A stretch of DNA of 41,828 nt, taken from a virus (Duplodnaviria; Heunggongvirae; Uroviricota; Caudoviricetes). This document shows positions 40,548 through 41,828 of the stretch, one piece after another (position 1 is the stretch's first letter; each line of letters opens with the position of its first letter). Both the position numbers and the translations under genes were made by a program. The stretch is taken from the IMG/VR virus record IMGVR_UViG_2541047798_000006. The stretch is one strand, 5' to 3'. The notes under the pieces were generated by a model, which worked only from the letters and a program-made list of their open reading frames with translations, searched no databases and was not told the origin of the DNA.

Positions 40548-41828
40548 ATGAAATATCCGACAGGCGTGGAAAACCATGGAGGGAAATTGCGTATCTGGTT
40601 TGTTTATAAAGGTGTAAGAGTCAGAGAAAATCTGGGGGTTCCTGACACGGCAAAAAACAGGCGCATTGCAGGTGAGCTGCGCGCCTCTGTTTGTTACGCA
40701 ATAAAAACTGGTGTTTTCGACTATGCAAAACAGTTTCCCTCCTCACACAATCTGGAAAAATTTGGTGAGGCCCGACAAGATTTAACCATAAAGGAACTGG
40801 CTGAAAAATTTCTGGCACTGAAAGAAACGGAAGTCGCAAAAACGTCACTCAACACGTACCGTGCCGTCATCAAAAATATTCTGAGCATAATCGGTGAAAA
40901 AAATCTTGCATCGTCGATTAATAAAGAAAAATTGCTGGCGGTACGTAAAGAGTTACTTACTGGATACCAGATCCCCAAAAGTAATTATATTGTTACGCAA
41001 CCGGGGAGATCGGCTGTCACCGTAAATAATTACATGACAAATCTTTACGCCGTGTTCCAGTTTGGTGTTGATAACGGTTACCTGGCAGATAATCCGTTTA
41101 AGGGGATCTCGCCATTAAAGGAATCAAGAACCATTCCTGATCCTCTTTCACGGGAGGAATTTATCCGTCTTATCGACGCCTGCAGGAATCAGCAGGCCAA
41201 AAATTTATGGTGCGTTTCTGTTTATACAGGCATTCGCCCTGGTGAGCTGTGCGCGCTTGGCTGGGAGGACATAGATCTGAAAAATGGAACAATGATGATC
41301 AGAAGAAATTTAGCAAAAGATCGTTTTACGGTACCGAAAACACAGGCTGGTACCAATCGGGTAATTCACCTTATCAAGCCTGCAATCGACGCTCTCAGGA
41401 ATCAGATGACACTAACGAGGCTGAGCAAAGAGCATATTATTGACGTTCACCTCAGAGAGTTTGGCAGAACAGAAAAACAAAAATGCACCTTTGTTTTTCA
41501 ACCTGAAGTGTCAGCGAGAGTAAAAAATTATGGTGACCATTTTACCGTTGACTCAATAAGGCAGATGTGGGACGCAGCGATAAAGCGCGCTGGCCTCCGC
41601 CACCGCAAATCATATCAGTCGAGACATACTTATGCCTGCTGGTCGCTGACAGCCGGTGCCAACCCGGCATTCATAGCAAACCAGATGGGACATGCAGATG
41701 CGCAAATGGTGTTTCAGGTATACGGGAAATGGATGTCTGAAAACAATAATGCACAGGTAGCCCTGTTAAATACACAGCTAAGCGAGTTTGCCCCAACCAT
41801 GCCCCAAAACAAGGCGACGCAAAATTAA
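40548..41828 (+). CDS. int: tyrosine site-specific integrase
   Basis: C-terminal catalytic region ...HRKSYQSRHTYACWSLTAGANPAFIANQMGHADAQMVFQVYGKW...; ends at the window edge. Confidence 0.9.
   Translation: MKYPTGVENHGGKLRIWFVYKGVRVRENLGVPDTAKNRRIAGELRASVCYAIKTGVFDYAKQFPSSHNLEKFGEARQDLTIKELAEKFLALKETEVAKTSLNTYRAVIKNILSIIGEKNLASSINKEKLLAVRKELLTGYQIPKSNYIVTQPGRSAVTVNNYMTNLYAVFQFGVDNGYLADNPFKGISPLKESRTIPDPLSREEFIRLIDACRNQQAKNLWCVSVYTGIRPGELCALGWEDIDLKNGTMMIRRNLAKDRFTVPKTQAGTNRVIHLIKPAIDALRNQMTLTRLSKEHIIDVHLREFGRTEKQKCTFVFQPEVSARVKNYGDHFTVDSIRQMWDAAIKRAGLRHRKSYQSRHTYACWSLTAGANPAFIANQMGHADAQMVFQVYGKWMSENNNAQVALLNTQLSEFAPTMPQNKATQN

Overview
The window is almost entirely one lambdoid prophage of an enterobacterium (E. 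coli-like), running right to left on the + strand. From high to low coordinates it reads: tyrosine integrase and excisionase-like gene (+), an early-left operon (+) with a DicA-like repressor, ydfA/ydfB-like small genes, the DicF sRNA and an 824-aa exonuclease-like protein; then on the - strand a Cro-like/YdaT-like/replication module, a HAD+NUDIX cargo pair, a hok-type toxin, rem-like, DUF968 and rusA genes, a zinc-finger Q antiterminator with pR'/tR', a tRNA cluster (Ile2-CAU, a degenerate tRNA-like element, Arg-UCU), an AT-rich cargo slot, a phage-21-type lysis cassette (pinholin, GH24 lysozyme, Rz/Rz1), a lambda-type cos site, and a near-complete lambda-like head and tail module (Nu1 through J, lom, stf). 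The prophage is mosaic and looks at least partly defective: the tape measure gene H is split into two frames, and bor is absent. No single obviously novel multi-gene system stands out; the best candidates for uncharacterised function are the AT-rich cargo between Q and the holin, the hairpin-flanked HAD–NUDIX pair, a reverse-oriented membrane-protein ORF inside the DicA–DicF operon, and the partner-less DEDDh exonuclease. All protein identifications rest on reading the supplied translations against remembered family sequences; nothing was searched or computed.
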